Shown: positions 39,427-48,734, counted from the stretch's first letter. The stretch: 64,000 nt of DNA from Bdellovibrionales bacterium (GCA_041690295.1 JAWLHR010000002.1:128001-192000), one strand, 5' to 3'. The notes: generated from the letters alone by a model not told the origin. Numbers and translations: made by a program.

Positions 39427-41492
39427 AAATTCGTCGTGAATGTCGCGGTCGTCATGATCGTGTACTTGCTGTACTCGTAGGACGCTTCTTCAGTGGAATC
39501 ATTTTTGGTGTAACTGGCGGTAACGCCCCAGCTGACCCATTCACGTATGGGTTTATCCACACCGGTTGTGATGGTTATGTTGAAGTCTTTTCGGCTGTCA
39601 TCGGAGTCGGCGTAGTTCAAGTCATAAGCCGACAGACCGAAGTTCCATGAATAACCCCATTTCATCGGGCGGATATAAGTGGCCCCGATATCGATACGAT
39701 TGAACTTCTTGTTCTTTCCGCTGGCATTGTTCATGGTGTAGCCGAGGTTCGCCACCAAAGCTTCTTTTCGCGCTTTATCCATGTAAAAGCTCTGCGTGGT
39801 CTTGAGCGTGTATTTCATCGCATCGTAGTTGTTATCGCCCACGGAATCGCCCAATTCGAAGTCGTCCCGGCGCACTTCCAGTGAATAAATGGCGAACCAG
39901 TTGTTCCGCATGACGAACAGGTTATCAAAACTCACCAACTGCGAAGCCAAAGTGCGCGACTTGGTCCCTTCCTTATTCGCATCCATGAACAGGAGTTCGT
40001 AGGCCGGTTTCACGGTGAAAACGTAGCCTTTGCCCCAGACCACGGTCTTATAGCTGTACGGAGCGTTGAAATTGTAGAGAAAGGGGTCGGCGTGGGCGAC
40101 CTCGGATTTCGAAGAGTTGGTGAGGCTGGCCGTGCCTTTCAATGAAAATTCATGGTGTTGATTGTAGACCGCGCGGTAAGTGAGATCGCCGACCGTGATC
40201 AGACGGGCGTCGGCCTCTTTGGTGGCCGTGGAGCTGACGGTATCAGGCGTCAGCAAAACGTTCGAGTCGTAACTCAATCCCAGAACGCCGTTGGCGGTCC
40301 AACGCTTTTCCTGGAGTTTCTTGAACATCAGAGCTTGCGCGATCCGATCCAGATATTCTTCCGCCTGTTGATCCATGCGGGCGTCGCGGGATGTATCGAT
40401 CACGCGTTCAAAACTCTTCTTCGCCGCCTCGAAATCGGATTGCGAATACTGAACCACTCCCAAATAAAAGGCGGCTGAAGGACCCATTATGGGGTCGCTG
40501 GATTCAGCGGCCTTGGCCAGCGCGGCCCGTGCGTTATCCAGCTCGTTCAAGCGGTAATGGGTCAAGCCGATGAAATATTGCCGTTCGGTTTCGAGCTTTG
40601 GTTCCACGGTCGCCAGCTTCAGGATCACCAAAGCTTCATTGAACTTGTTTCTCCGATAAAGCGTCACGCCGTAACGGAAATAAAAAGTTTTGTTTTCAGG
40701 ATCGAGTTCAACGGCTTCGCGAAACTTGGCTTCGGCTTTTTCGAATTCACCTTGCGTGTAAAAAGCCATGGCCGCATCGGCCGCCGCCACCGCTTTTCTC
40801 CGCCGGGCCGCGCGTTCACGCTCGGAAGCTAATTTGGCTTGGCGCGCGCGTTCCTCGGCTTTTTGACGCTCGATTTGCTCCAGGCGAATGCGCTCGGCCT
40901 CCCGTTCGGCGGCCTCGATGGCCAATTTCGCCAATGCGGCTTTATGGGCGGCATCCTGTGCGGCCGCCACGGCGTCTTTGTCGGGGACTTGCTTCAGCAG
41001 TTTTTGTTTTTTGGCTTCCGCTTCAAGCCGCTGCTTTTCCTGATAGGCTTTGAGCGCGGCTTCGGCCTGTTCTTTGGTGTCATAGACATCAATCAGCGCG
41101 CGCCCACTGGGATCCTTTTTGATGATCAGGGGTTTGCGGGGAAGCTGCTTACTTTGAATCAGCTGGTGGACTTTTCTGTAGTCCTTTTCCGAGCGAAGGT
41201 GCTTGGGCGGAATATAAACCTCAGGCTGCAAAGGCTGGCCGCCGAGGCTCACACTGAACTGACCGGTGAAGTTTGAAGAATCCGGTTCCGTCTCCTCCAG
41301 CTGGATCTGAACGATTTTTCCAGTGGATTTATCCTTCACGACCATGAAGGCGGAATCGATCTTGCGGCTGTCCGTATTCCAAGATGGTGATCCATAATTA
41401 ATGTTGATCGGGTGATGATCGACGAGAATTTTCTCGTTTGCCCCTGCGGAAGGGGAAAACGCACCTAGCCAGAATGCGAGAAGAATAACCAA
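39423..41492 (-). CDS. TPR + outer-membrane beta-barrel protein
   Basis: Signal peptide, coiled coil, TPRs, YDSNV barrel start, terminal Phe. Confidence 0.75.
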   Translation of the reverse strand: MVILLAFWLGAFSPSAGANEKILVDHHPININYGSPSWNTDSRKIDSAFMVVKDKSTGKIVQIQLEETEPDSSNFTGQFSVSLGGQPLQPEVYIPPKHLRSEKDYRKVHQLIQSKQLPRKPLIIKKDPSGRALIDVYDTKEQAEAALKAYQEKQRLEAEAKKQKLLKQVPDKDAVAAAQDAAHKAALAKLAIEAAEREAERIRLEQIERQKAEERARQAKLASERERAARRRKAVAAADAAMAFYTQGEFEKAEAKFREAVELDPENKTFYFRYGVTLYRRNKFNEALVILKLATVEPKLETERQYFIGLTHYRLNELDNARAALAKAAESSDPIMGPSAAFYLGVVQYSQSDFEAAKKSFERVIDTSRDARMDQQAEEYLDRIAQALMFKKLQEKRWTANGVLGLSYDSNVLLTPDTVSSTATKEADARLITVGDLTYRAVYNQHHEFSLKGTASLTNSSKSEVAHADPFLYNFNAPYSYKTVVWGKGYVFTVKPAYELLFMDANKEGTKSRTLASQLVSFDNLFVMRNNWFAIYSLEVRRDDFELGDSVGDNNYDAMKYTLKTTQSFYMDKARKEALVANLGYTMNNASGKNKKFNRIDIGATYIRPMKWGYSWNFGLSAYDLNYADSDDSRKDFNITITTGVDKPIREWVSWGVTASYTKNDSTEEASYEYSKYTIMTTATFTTNF

Positions 41493-41579
41493 GATGTCGA
41501 CTCCTTAGCGCGCTCAAAAAATTGATTCTCTACCGAATAGGATAGCCAATTCCGACACAGCAAGGAACGGTTTTATTCC

Positions 41580-42698
41580 TTATTGGGTATTGACATGAAT
41601 GATCAGGCGGCTGTTGCCCTGTTCGATTCCCGAGCGGCATCCGTCGCCACAGACGGGAATCACACCGCCGATGGGCGGGAGTACAGGAACCGGAGCCGGA
41701 GGCTCGGGTGGTTTAGGCATCGCACCAGTGCCTGGACCTGCGTCGGGCACATTGCACATCGTACAAGCCGATTCCGAAGCTGGAGCGTTGGCCGGTGAAC
41801 GACCACCTTCGCCTCCAGAAGAACCACCAGCACCACCGGCGCCGCCAGGACCACCGGTTCCGGCGGATTGACCTTCACCGCCGCCGCCACTGGAGCCCGT
41901 GCCTCCGCTTTCACCTTCGTTAGCGCCGCCGGTTCCCGCTTGCTTATCGGGAGCACCGGATTGTTCGTTCTTTGCTCCACCTTCCTCTTTCTTACCTGAA
42001 TCGTCTTGCGTGTTACTTGCGGTGTTCTGAGTGTTAGAGCCGCCGGTAGGCGCGTCGGCCTGAGTCTCCGAATCCAAGCTGTTCAACTGTTCTTTGGGTA
42101 CCGGAGCTGGAGGCGTGGGCGCCGAACCAGGCGAGTTGGTCGCGGACATACCGGGAGTCACAATGACCGGATTGGCGATGGTGCCGCCGGGGCCGGGCAA
42201 TCCGAATTCGACCTTACCGGAAAAGGTCACGACCTGACTTTGATTGTTCTGGAAGCCGACCATGAAGTCGGTTCCGCGCACGCCCGCCACCGCGGAGGGC
42301 GTCTTGATCTGGAACTTGCTGCTCTTCGTGCCGTCGTATTTTTGTTCCACTTTGGAACGCACTTTTCCGTAGATCACATTGAGAAGAACGTCTTTCTTGT
42401 TGGCTGACGGATTGTACTCGTAGTGCTGGATCTCAATTTGAGAATCGGGGGAAACGTTGATTTCGTTATTGTCGATCATAACGATTTTGGCGCGGGAGTC
42501 TTTGCCGGTGATCACGGTGTCTTTGGGAAAAACCTTGGCGCCGACGCGGGCTCGTGATTGCTGTCCGTTTTTGCCGGATTTAATCTGGACATCGCCCTTC
42601 ACAACCCGCAACACGCCATGCACGTTTTGCGCGTAAGCGTCGGGAATTGAGAAAGCGACAAAGAAAATCGCACAAACCCACGCGTAACATACGTTCAT
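41580..42698 (-). CDS. Secreted FecR-domain protein with a G/P-rich tail
   Basis: VITGKDSRAKI and FQIKTPSAVAGVRGTDF (FecR-like); low-complexity C-terminus. Confidence 0.85.
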   Translation of the reverse strand: MNVCYAWVCAIFFVAFSIPDAYAQNVHGVLRVVKGDVQIKSGKNGQQSRARVGAKVFPKDTVITGKDSRAKIVMIDNNEINVSPDSQIEIQHYEYNPSANKKDVLLNVIYGKVRSKVEQKYDGTKSSKFQIKTPSAVAGVRGTDFMVGFQNNQSQVVTFSGKVEFGLPGPGGTIANPVIVTPGMSATNSPGSAPTPPAPVPKEQLNSLDSETQADAPTGGSNTQNTASNTQDDSGKKEEGGAKNEQSGAPDKQAGTGGANEGESGGTGSSGGGGEGQSAGTGGPGGAGGAGGSSGGEGGRSPANAPASESACTMCNVPDAGPGTGAMPKPPEPPAPVPVLPPIGGVIPVCGDGCRSGIEQGNSRLIIHVNTQ

Positions 42699-42802
42699 AA
42701 TTTCACCCCGGTTTGGATTGTCCGCGCCAACAGCGGATCCATCTTCTTTTCGGAATATATTGAAGAAAGCTCAACAGTTGCGCCAATTTGAGAACGAGTG
42801 TC

Positions 42803-43339
42803 TCAGTCCCGTAAAATGATCTCTTCCGCGACGGACAAGAGATTGGTGGAATGGACTTCCGGCGGAAGAAACGGGGAGTTTTCCGGGGATTCCATCGTTC
42901 CGACCAAAGCCGAGCGGCATCCCGCCCGGTGACCGGCCTCGACATCGGTCATACGATCACCGATCATCCAACTCCGCTTGAGATCCAAGTTATGCCACCT
43001 GGCCGCCTCGAGCAGCATTCCCGGATTCGGTTTTCGCATGGGATGATTGAAATCCGTCATGTAAGGCGCACTGTGAAAGGTGAGAAAATCAACGCCTTCA
43101 CTGCTGAATTTTTCGCGAATGCGGCGGTGAATTTCATCCAAGTTTCGCACGTCCACGATTCCGCGGGCTACGCCGGATTGATTGGTGGCCACGCAAAACA
43201 CGAAATTGTGATCGCGTAAAAGTCTGAGCGCTTCAAAAACTCCGGGTAGATATTCGATTTTGTCGGGTTCATTCAGATACACCATATCCACGATTAAGGT
43301 GCCGTCCCGATCCAACAAAATCGCTTTTTTTGCCGACAT
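42803..43339 (-). CDS. gmhB: D,D-heptose 1,7-bisphosphate phosphatase (HAD IIIA)
   Basis: LDRDGTL, TNQSG, RKPNPGM and IGDRMTD motifs. Confidence 0.85.
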   Translation of the reverse strand: MSAKKAILLDRDGTLIVDMVYLNEPDKIEYLPGVFEALRLLRDHNFVFCVATNQSGVARGIVDVRNLDEIHRRIREKFSSEGVDFLTFHSAPYMTDFNHPMRKPNPGMLLEAARWHNLDLKRSWMIGDRMTDVEAGHRAGCRSALVGTMESPENSPFLPPEVHSTNLLSVAEEIILRD

Positions 43340-43348
43340 GAAGGCACC

Positions 43349-44404
43349 TTATCCGAGTTCTTCATCCTTTTTGAGCTTTGACACAAGGGCGCCCTTGGAC
43401 TTTGAGAGCGGATGATGTTTTTCGATTTTTTCCGCGAGTAAATCCAGACTGAGATGAGTGTACTTTTGGGTCGCGGCCAGTGATCGATGTCCAAGCAACT
43501 CCTGAATCACTCGCAGATCAGCGCCTGAAGTGAGCAGGTGAGTGGCATAGCTATGACGTAGAGCATGTGGATTCAACGGACGGAGTAGACCCGCGCGGGC
43601 GCCCGCGGCTCGCACCCAGCCATAGGCTTTGCGTGGCGAGAGTGGCTGATCGGTATCGGTGAGCACATAGGGCCCGCTCCGCGAAGATTCCAATTTCCTT
43701 AAAGCCTCCCAACAAAGCTCGGGAAGAGTCACCAATCGCTGCCGATCACCCTTACCGTGCACGAGAAGGGTTCGATTCGATGGTTTTAAATCAGACCACT
43801 TTAGCCGGCAGGCCTCGCTCACGCGCAGCCCACCGCCGTAAAGGAGCAGCACCAAGGCGGTGACCCGGGGCTCGTCGAGCGCTTTCAAAAGCGCCAGCGC
43901 TTCGTCGACGGAAATGAAGTGGGCCAATTGCTGCGGCCGTTTCGGTGAATGAATTTGGAGAGCCAGCGGTTCATCGATCCATTTCTTTTCATAGAGCCAT
44001 TTGAGAAAGCCGCTGACCACGGCCCACTTGCGATTTCGTGAGCTGGCTTTAAGATCGGCCCACCGGAATTTGGCTTTTTGCAGAAGGTCTTTTAACGATT
44101 TTTCATCCCACGTGGGGCAAATACTTTGATTTTCTTTCTCGATGATTTGGTAAGAAGTAACTGGGGTTACCGAGGTGTATAAAATCTTTTGTACCCCTAT
44201 TGGAGCCAGGAATTGAGCCAAATCATTGGCATAAGACTTGGATGTATGATCGCTTGCAGTCCGCTGTACACTTAAGTATTTCAGGTACTTAAGTGCAAGA
44301 ATGGCCAAATTTGGTCGCTCTTGAGGTGACAATGTGGGGCGCTCCGAAAGGATTAAATTTCCTACATTTCCCTTGCAAAAAAGACTTGCACAAACGCTCA
44401 GCAT
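43349..44404 (-). CDS. xerC: Tyrosine recombinase, XerC-like (true start probably about 44308-44332)
   Basis: GLRVSE, GKG, HALRHSYATHLL, IQELLGH and TQKYTH give an intact R-K-H-R-H-Y set. Confidence 0.75.
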   Translation of the reverse strand: MLSVCASLFCKGNVGNLILSERPTLSPQERPNLAILALKYLKYLSVQRTASDHTSKSYANDLAQFLAPIGVQKILYTSVTPVTSYQIIEKENQSICPTWDEKSLKDLLQKAKFRWADLKASSRNRKWAVVSGFLKWLYEKKWIDEPLALQIHSPKRPQQLAHFISVDEALALLKALDEPRVTALVLLLYGGGLRVSEACRLKWSDLKPSNRTLLVHGKGDRQRLVTLPELCWEALRKLESSRSGPYVLTDTDQPLSPRKAYGWVRAAGARAGLLRPLNPHALRHSYATHLLTSGADLRVIQELLGHRSLAATQKYTHLSLDLLAEKIEKHHPLSKSKGALVSKLKKDEELG

Positions 44405-44489
44405 CTGTTAGAACACCGTGTCGACTTAAGACGCGCTGAGTTGTAACGGCGGGGGGAGCTGAAGCAACACTTAGGAAGGGGTTGTACGT

Positions 44490-45575
44490 ATGTCGGGTAT
44501 GGATAAATCTTCTCACTTTCCCTCCGCTGGAACAGGTGAGAGCACTTCACTTCCCACCGCGAATCCATCCGCGGTCGCCTCGGGTTCAAATACCAATGTT
44601 AATGAGAATCGACGCATTGTCTACAAGTCCGAGGTCATGCGCCAGCTCATGCGCATGGTGGATCGTGTGGCTCCCAGTAACGCCACGGTCCTGATTTTGG
44701 GTGAAAGTGGAACAGGAAAAGAGCTGGTGGCGAACGCCATTCACGAGCGTTCCAATCGCCGGCATAAGCCGTTCGTCGCGATCAATTGCGGCGCTCTCCG
44801 CGAGACGCTTTTGGAGAGCGAGCTCTTCGGACACGAAAAAGGCGCTTTCACCGGCGCGTATTCGCGCAAAATCGGATTGGCTGAAGTGGCCAATGGCGGA
44901 ACTTTGTTCCTCGACGAGATCGGTGAGTTGAGCCCTGGCATTCAAGCCAAGTTGCTCCGCTTTCTGCAAGAAGGCGAAATCTATCGCGTGGGCGGCAAAG
45001 ATCCGATTCGCGTCGACATCCGCTTGATCAGCGCGACCAATAAAGAATTGGATAAAGAAGTTCTGCGCGGCAATTTCCGCGAGGACCTCTTCTACCGCAT
45101 CAACACCATCATGGTTCATTCACCTCCGCTCCGTCGCCGCAAGGAAGACATTCCGGCGTTGATCGAGCACTTCCTGAGCACGAACACCGCGGGTTTCTTG
45201 AACCGCGGCCGTCAGATGTCGGAAGAAGCGATGAAGATCATGATGAAATACGACTGGCCGGGCAACATCCGTGAACTGCAAAACGTTTGCGAGCGTTTGC
45301 AGATTCTCTCCGAAGGCCACGTGATCATGCCGGGTGATCTGCCGGATCATATTCGAAATCCCGATCACAAAGTGGTGATCGATGATTACGATCCGACGAT
45401 GACTCTGCACGAATTGGAAAAGCGCTACATCTTGAAGGCGCTCAATTACTTTGACGGCAACAAAACTCAAGCCGCCAACGCTTTGGGCATCACCATCAAG
45501 ACGCTTTACAATAAGCTTCACGAGTACGGCGAGTTCGAAAAGTACGCCGTTCACTCCAAGCCGGCCGTTAAATAA
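44490..45575 (+). CDS. Sigma-54 enhancer-binding protein without an N-terminal regulatory domain
   Basis: GESGTGKE, GAFTGA, LFLDEIGE, WPGNIREL and a Fis-type HTH; only an S/T-rich N-terminal tail precedes the AAA domain. Confidence 0.92.
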   Translation: MSGMDKSSHFPSAGTGESTSLPTANPSAVASGSNTNVNENRRIVYKSEVMRQLMRMVDRVAPSNATVLILGESGTGKELVANAIHERSNRRHKPFVAINCGALRETLLESELFGHEKGAFTGAYSRKIGLAEVANGGTLFLDEIGELSPGIQAKLLRFLQEGEIYRVGGKDPIRVDIRLISATNKELDKEVLRGNFREDLFYRINTIMVHSPPLRRRKEDIPALIEHFLSTNTAGFLNRGRQMSEEAMKIMMKYDWPGNIRELQNVCERLQILSEGHVIMPGDLPDHIRNPDHKVVIDDYDPTMTLHELEKRYILKALNYFDGNKTQAANALGITIKTLYNKLHEYGEFEKYAVHSKPAVK

Positions 45576-45605
45576 CAGCGGGTTTTAGAGCCTAAAAGAA
45601 CTTGG

Positions 45606-45640
45606 AACCCACTTCCGAATCGGAAGTGGGTTTTGTTTTT
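45606..45640. repeat. Extended palindrome copy acting as a probable terminator
   Basis: AACCCACTTCCGA-A-TCGGAAGTGGGTT (45606-45632) followed by a T-rich tract, between convergent genes. Confidence 0.9.
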
Positions 45641-45672
45641 GCCCGGTAAGAAGCCAAAAAACTATTGGTGGA

Positions 45673-46482
45673 TCACGACAAAAATTCTTTCGGAATATCG
45701 CGATTCTTTCGGGCCACGATTCCGACGTAATAAATCGGTTGGCCGAGCGTGTTCAGACGGTGCTGATAACGCTTGAGCAGATCAACTTCGATGACATCTT
45801 GATCCATCATATTCGTGATCAATTTGGCGAAAGGACTTCCGGACGATCGCTTCATGAATTCATCGCGGATATTAAATGCCAACAATCCGCCCGTTTGCAG
45901 CAGATTAAAAACATTAAAAAACGCGAGAGGCGGAATATCGCCGAAGCCAAGCGCGGCAACGGTCGTCAATAGATTGATCTTGTACCCACGAAGAAACTCG
46001 ATGGTTTCCTGGCTGGGTGAGGTCAAATCTTCAACGAGATACTCGTCATAGACCCAAGGCCGGTCTCTCATGACGGCCATTTTGGCTTCGGGGAGTAAAT
46101 CGATTCCCACGATCTTTCGAATCCCTAAATTTTGCAGAGCCTCTCCCGACATGCCGTTGCCCGCGCCCACATCGATGGCGCGAATGCTCTCCGGCTTTAT
46201 TTCCCTTTCAACCATCACATCATTTAAGAAATTAGAAACTCGGTTAGGGGAATTGCAGCGCAGAGTGCGATAGAAAAGGGTTTCGTAAAGTCCGGGGACT
46301 TTATAAACATCGTGATAATCGTGAAAGCGGATTTTTTTCCACTGTGAATCGATCTGAACTTCGCACCACTCTTCATCCTGAGGCAATCCCTTGGGTGGGA
46401 ACCGGATGGGAAAAGGACCGTTTTTTATGATTTCCTGTAGCTGTGAAACTAAATCCGTGACCTCTGATTTGAATGGGCTCAC
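45673..46482 (-). CDS. Class I SAM-dependent methyltransferase
   Basis: AIDVGAGNG and IVGID motifs. Confidence 0.8.
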   Translation of the reverse strand: MSPFKSEVTDLVSQLQEIIKNGPFPIRFPPKGLPQDEEWCEVQIDSQWKKIRFHDYHDVYKVPGLYETLFYRTLRCNSPNRVSNFLNDVMVEREIKPESIRAIDVGAGNGMSGEALQNLGIRKIVGIDLLPEAKMAVMRDRPWVYDEYLVEDLTSPSQETIEFLRGYKINLLTTVAALGFGDIPPLAFFNVFNLLQTGGLLAFNIRDEFMKRSSGSPFAKLITNMMDQDVIEVDLLKRYQHRLNTLGQPIYYVGIVARKNRDIPKEFLS

Positions 46483-46515
46483 TACCGAGTGACTCCTTTG
46501 AACCTCGTTATTGAA

Positions 46516-46818
46516 TTAAGGAAACTCACACTTTTCGTTAACGCACATGCCTTGCATCGAGCGGCAGTCCGAGCGGAAGCGGCAGGATTCGCCGGTCAGT
46601 TTACATGTTCCGCTGACACAGGAATTTTGCGCCCGGCAATCGGCATCGAACTTACATTTAATAACAGGTATGGAAATGTCTTTCACTTCTTTCTTTCGAC
46701 TCTTCATCGTGTCGCTCGAATCGGCTTTTTTGGTTTGAGTCGCCGTCGGCGATTGAGTGCTGGTTGTACCGCAACTCAATAAACCCAATGCGAATGTGAT
46801 CAATATCAGAATTCGCAT
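46516..46818 (-). CDS. Small Cys-rich lipoprotein
   Basis: AAGGAGG RBS, lipobox LLSC, and two Cys4 units (C-x4-C...C-x4-C). Confidence 0.8.
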   Translation of the reverse strand: MRILILITFALGLLSCGTTSTQSPTATQTKKADSSDTMKSRKKEVKDISIPVIKCKFDADCRAQNSCVSGTCKLTGESCRFRSDCRSMQGMCVNEKCEFP

Positions 46819-46936
46819 AATTTCCTCCTTGATGTATCAAATCCGGAAAGAACAGAACCGTCGTAAACAATTTAATACTTTCGTCCGAAAAAGATGCAAG
46901 CAACCCGGCGTCGAAAGTTCGTTCTGGAGGCAGAGA

Positions 46937-47857
46937 GTGCGGCTCGGAAATCGGGGTAACGTCCTCATGATGGTTTTGATCGCGATACCGATTGCAGGGG
47001 TTCTTACGGCCGCCATCAGCACCATACTTCACCAGTATCAATCACAAGTCGCCTCATTAAGCCGAAAGCTGGAAGCGACTCAAGCTGAGATGTTCCTCAC
47101 CCAAGTGCTGGCCGATAGTGCTAAGTGCGCAGAGATCTTCAGCACGACCACAGTGAACCTTTCGGGACTTACGGTGGGCGTTCCAAGTTCACAGCCGGTT
47201 TCGATTCCGGAGTTAAAAACCGCCAATGGGATGTCTTATTTAAAATAAAACGCCGCCGTTAACGCGAGCTCCACTCTTAAAGTGAAGGCGATTGAGCTTG
47301 CGGATATCACGCTCTCCGGTCAGCCGAGTGAGTTCAAAGCCCTTCTCCGAGTTTCATGGGAGGATCCCTCTCAAGGTCAAATCCCCATCCAGCCGATTGT
47401 GTTTGAGCGGATTTTCCTAGTTAACGCGACTGATCCACCCAACGCCGCGAGAATCGCATCATGTGGGGGCGGTGGCGGCATAGCTCCTGGGGGCGGAATA
47501 ACCGCATGCCCGAGCGGCTGGACGATGATCGGGGATGCGGGTAAATGGGCGACGTTTTGTATCGAAACTGACCAGCGACCCTCCCGGCCTTGGAAGACGG
47601 CGGCATCCACGTGTAGCGGAATTAATGACCAGAATTTGGGCCGCGCCCATTTATGCTATTACAATGAATGGATAACCGCGTGTCTCCGAGGATCAGGCCT
47701 TTCAAGAATGACGAACGACTCTGAATGGGTCACCATGGTGGTGGATTTTCCCAATACGGGTGGAATCGATGGAATCACCGTAGGGCATGGAAGCTGTAGT
47801 TCCATGGGTTACACATACCATGGCAATAGTCGCGCTTTTCGCTGCTGCCTGCCTTGA
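46937..47857 (+). pseudogene. Prepilin-like protein with a C-type-lectin/FGE-like C-terminus, interrupted by an in-frame TAA
   Basis: GGAGG RBS, GTG at 46937, MRLGNRG|NVLMMVLIAIPIAGVL. TAA at 47246-47248 is in frame with the 47282 ORF. C-terminus reads CPSGW...FCIE...W..A...C...EW...FRCC. Confidence 0.65.
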
Positions 47858-47860
47858 TCA

Positions 47861-48158
47861 CATGAAATCCTTCTTGATGTTTCAAATCCGAAAAGAACGG
47901 GAGCTTTCGAATATCACGTTGACCGGTCAGCCGAGTGAGTTCATAAGCCTACTCAGTGTCTCGTGGGAAAATCCATCCGAGGGTCAACTAGCCATCCGAC
48001 CGCTTGCGTTTTAGCGGATTTTCCTGCTCAATCCGGCTGATCCCCCAATGCCGCGCGAATCGCTGCGTGTAATGCCGGGTCGGGAGCCGCGGCTACAGGT
48101 GGCATAACTAGTTGCCCGAGTGGCTGGACAATGATGGGTGATTCGGGGAAATTTGCGG
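47861..48158 (+). pseudogene. Decayed, internally deleted tandem paralog of the preceding locus
   Basis: 47866-47900 resembles 46820-46855, and 47900-48158 resembles 47294-47551. It contains TAG at 48012-48014 and a 1-nt deletion near 48042. Confidence 0.8.
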
Positions 48159-48188
48159 TGTTGTCTCCGATGAAGGTCAGCCGTTAAC

Positions 48189-48220
48189 AAATAACCCCGC
48201 CTTGTGAGCGGGGTTATTTT
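48189..48220. terminator. Bidirectional intrinsic terminator
   Basis: AAATAACCCCGC-cttgtga-GCGGGGTTATTT hairpin. Confidence 0.8.
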
Positions 48221-48248
48221 ATGTTCGAAATCAACTGATCAGACGAGC

Positions 48249-48734
48249 TTAGAAGTAACCTTCGTCGTCGTCATCATCCGAATCCAGATCGGTGTCGTCC
48301 TCATAGCTATCCTCGGGTTCACCGAAGGTTTCGTCCTCCAGTGACTCCATATCATCATCTCCGACCATGGTTTCACTCATGCCTTCGAAATCCATGGATT
48401 CTTCGTTCGTGCCGAAATCTTCATTGTAGGGATTCAGATCCGTCGTGCTACCCATAGTTCCAGCGCCAAATCCTGTCACCGCGGCTTCAGCCACCGGTGC
48501 TTTTTTCTTGGGTTCGGCTTTTTTTGTGGCTACTTTCTTGGGTGCCGCCTTCTTAGTTGCGGCCTTCTTTTTGGTGGTTTTTTTCTTGGCGCTCGCGCGT
48601 TTGGCGGTCGACTTGCGGGCGGCCGATTTTTTGGTTGCTTTCTTAGTGGCTTTTTTCGCGGTTTTCTTTTTCGCGGCCTTTTTCGTGGCGGACTTTTTGG
48701 TTGCTTTTTTCTTTTTCGATTTTGCCTTAGCCAT
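48249..48734 (-). CDS. Histone H1-like Lys/Ala-rich protein with an acidic tail
   Basis: KKAA/KKAT repeats in the N-terminal half, D/E-rich C-terminal half, GGAG RBS. Confidence 0.8.
   Translation of the reverse strand: MAKAKSKKKKATKKSATKKAAKKKTAKKATKKATKKSAARKSTAKRASAKKKTTKKKAATKKAAPKKVATKKAEPKKKAPVAEAAVTGFGAGTMGSTTDLNPYNEDFGTNEESMDFEGMSETMVGDDDMESLEDETFGEPEDSYEDDTDLDSDDDDDEGYF

Noticed and set aside
43349..44404. Phage or island integrase
   Set aside because: The motifs (HALRHSYATHLL, ADLRVIQELLGH) are typical of chromosomal XerC/D. The neighbours are housekeeping genes, and no att repeats or phage genes were seen.
47282..48158. Diversity-generating retroelement VR/TR pair
   Set aside because: Differences are not adenine-specific and often fall at third codon positions. 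The duplicated part is not the C-terminal lectin end, and no reverse transcriptase is present in the window.
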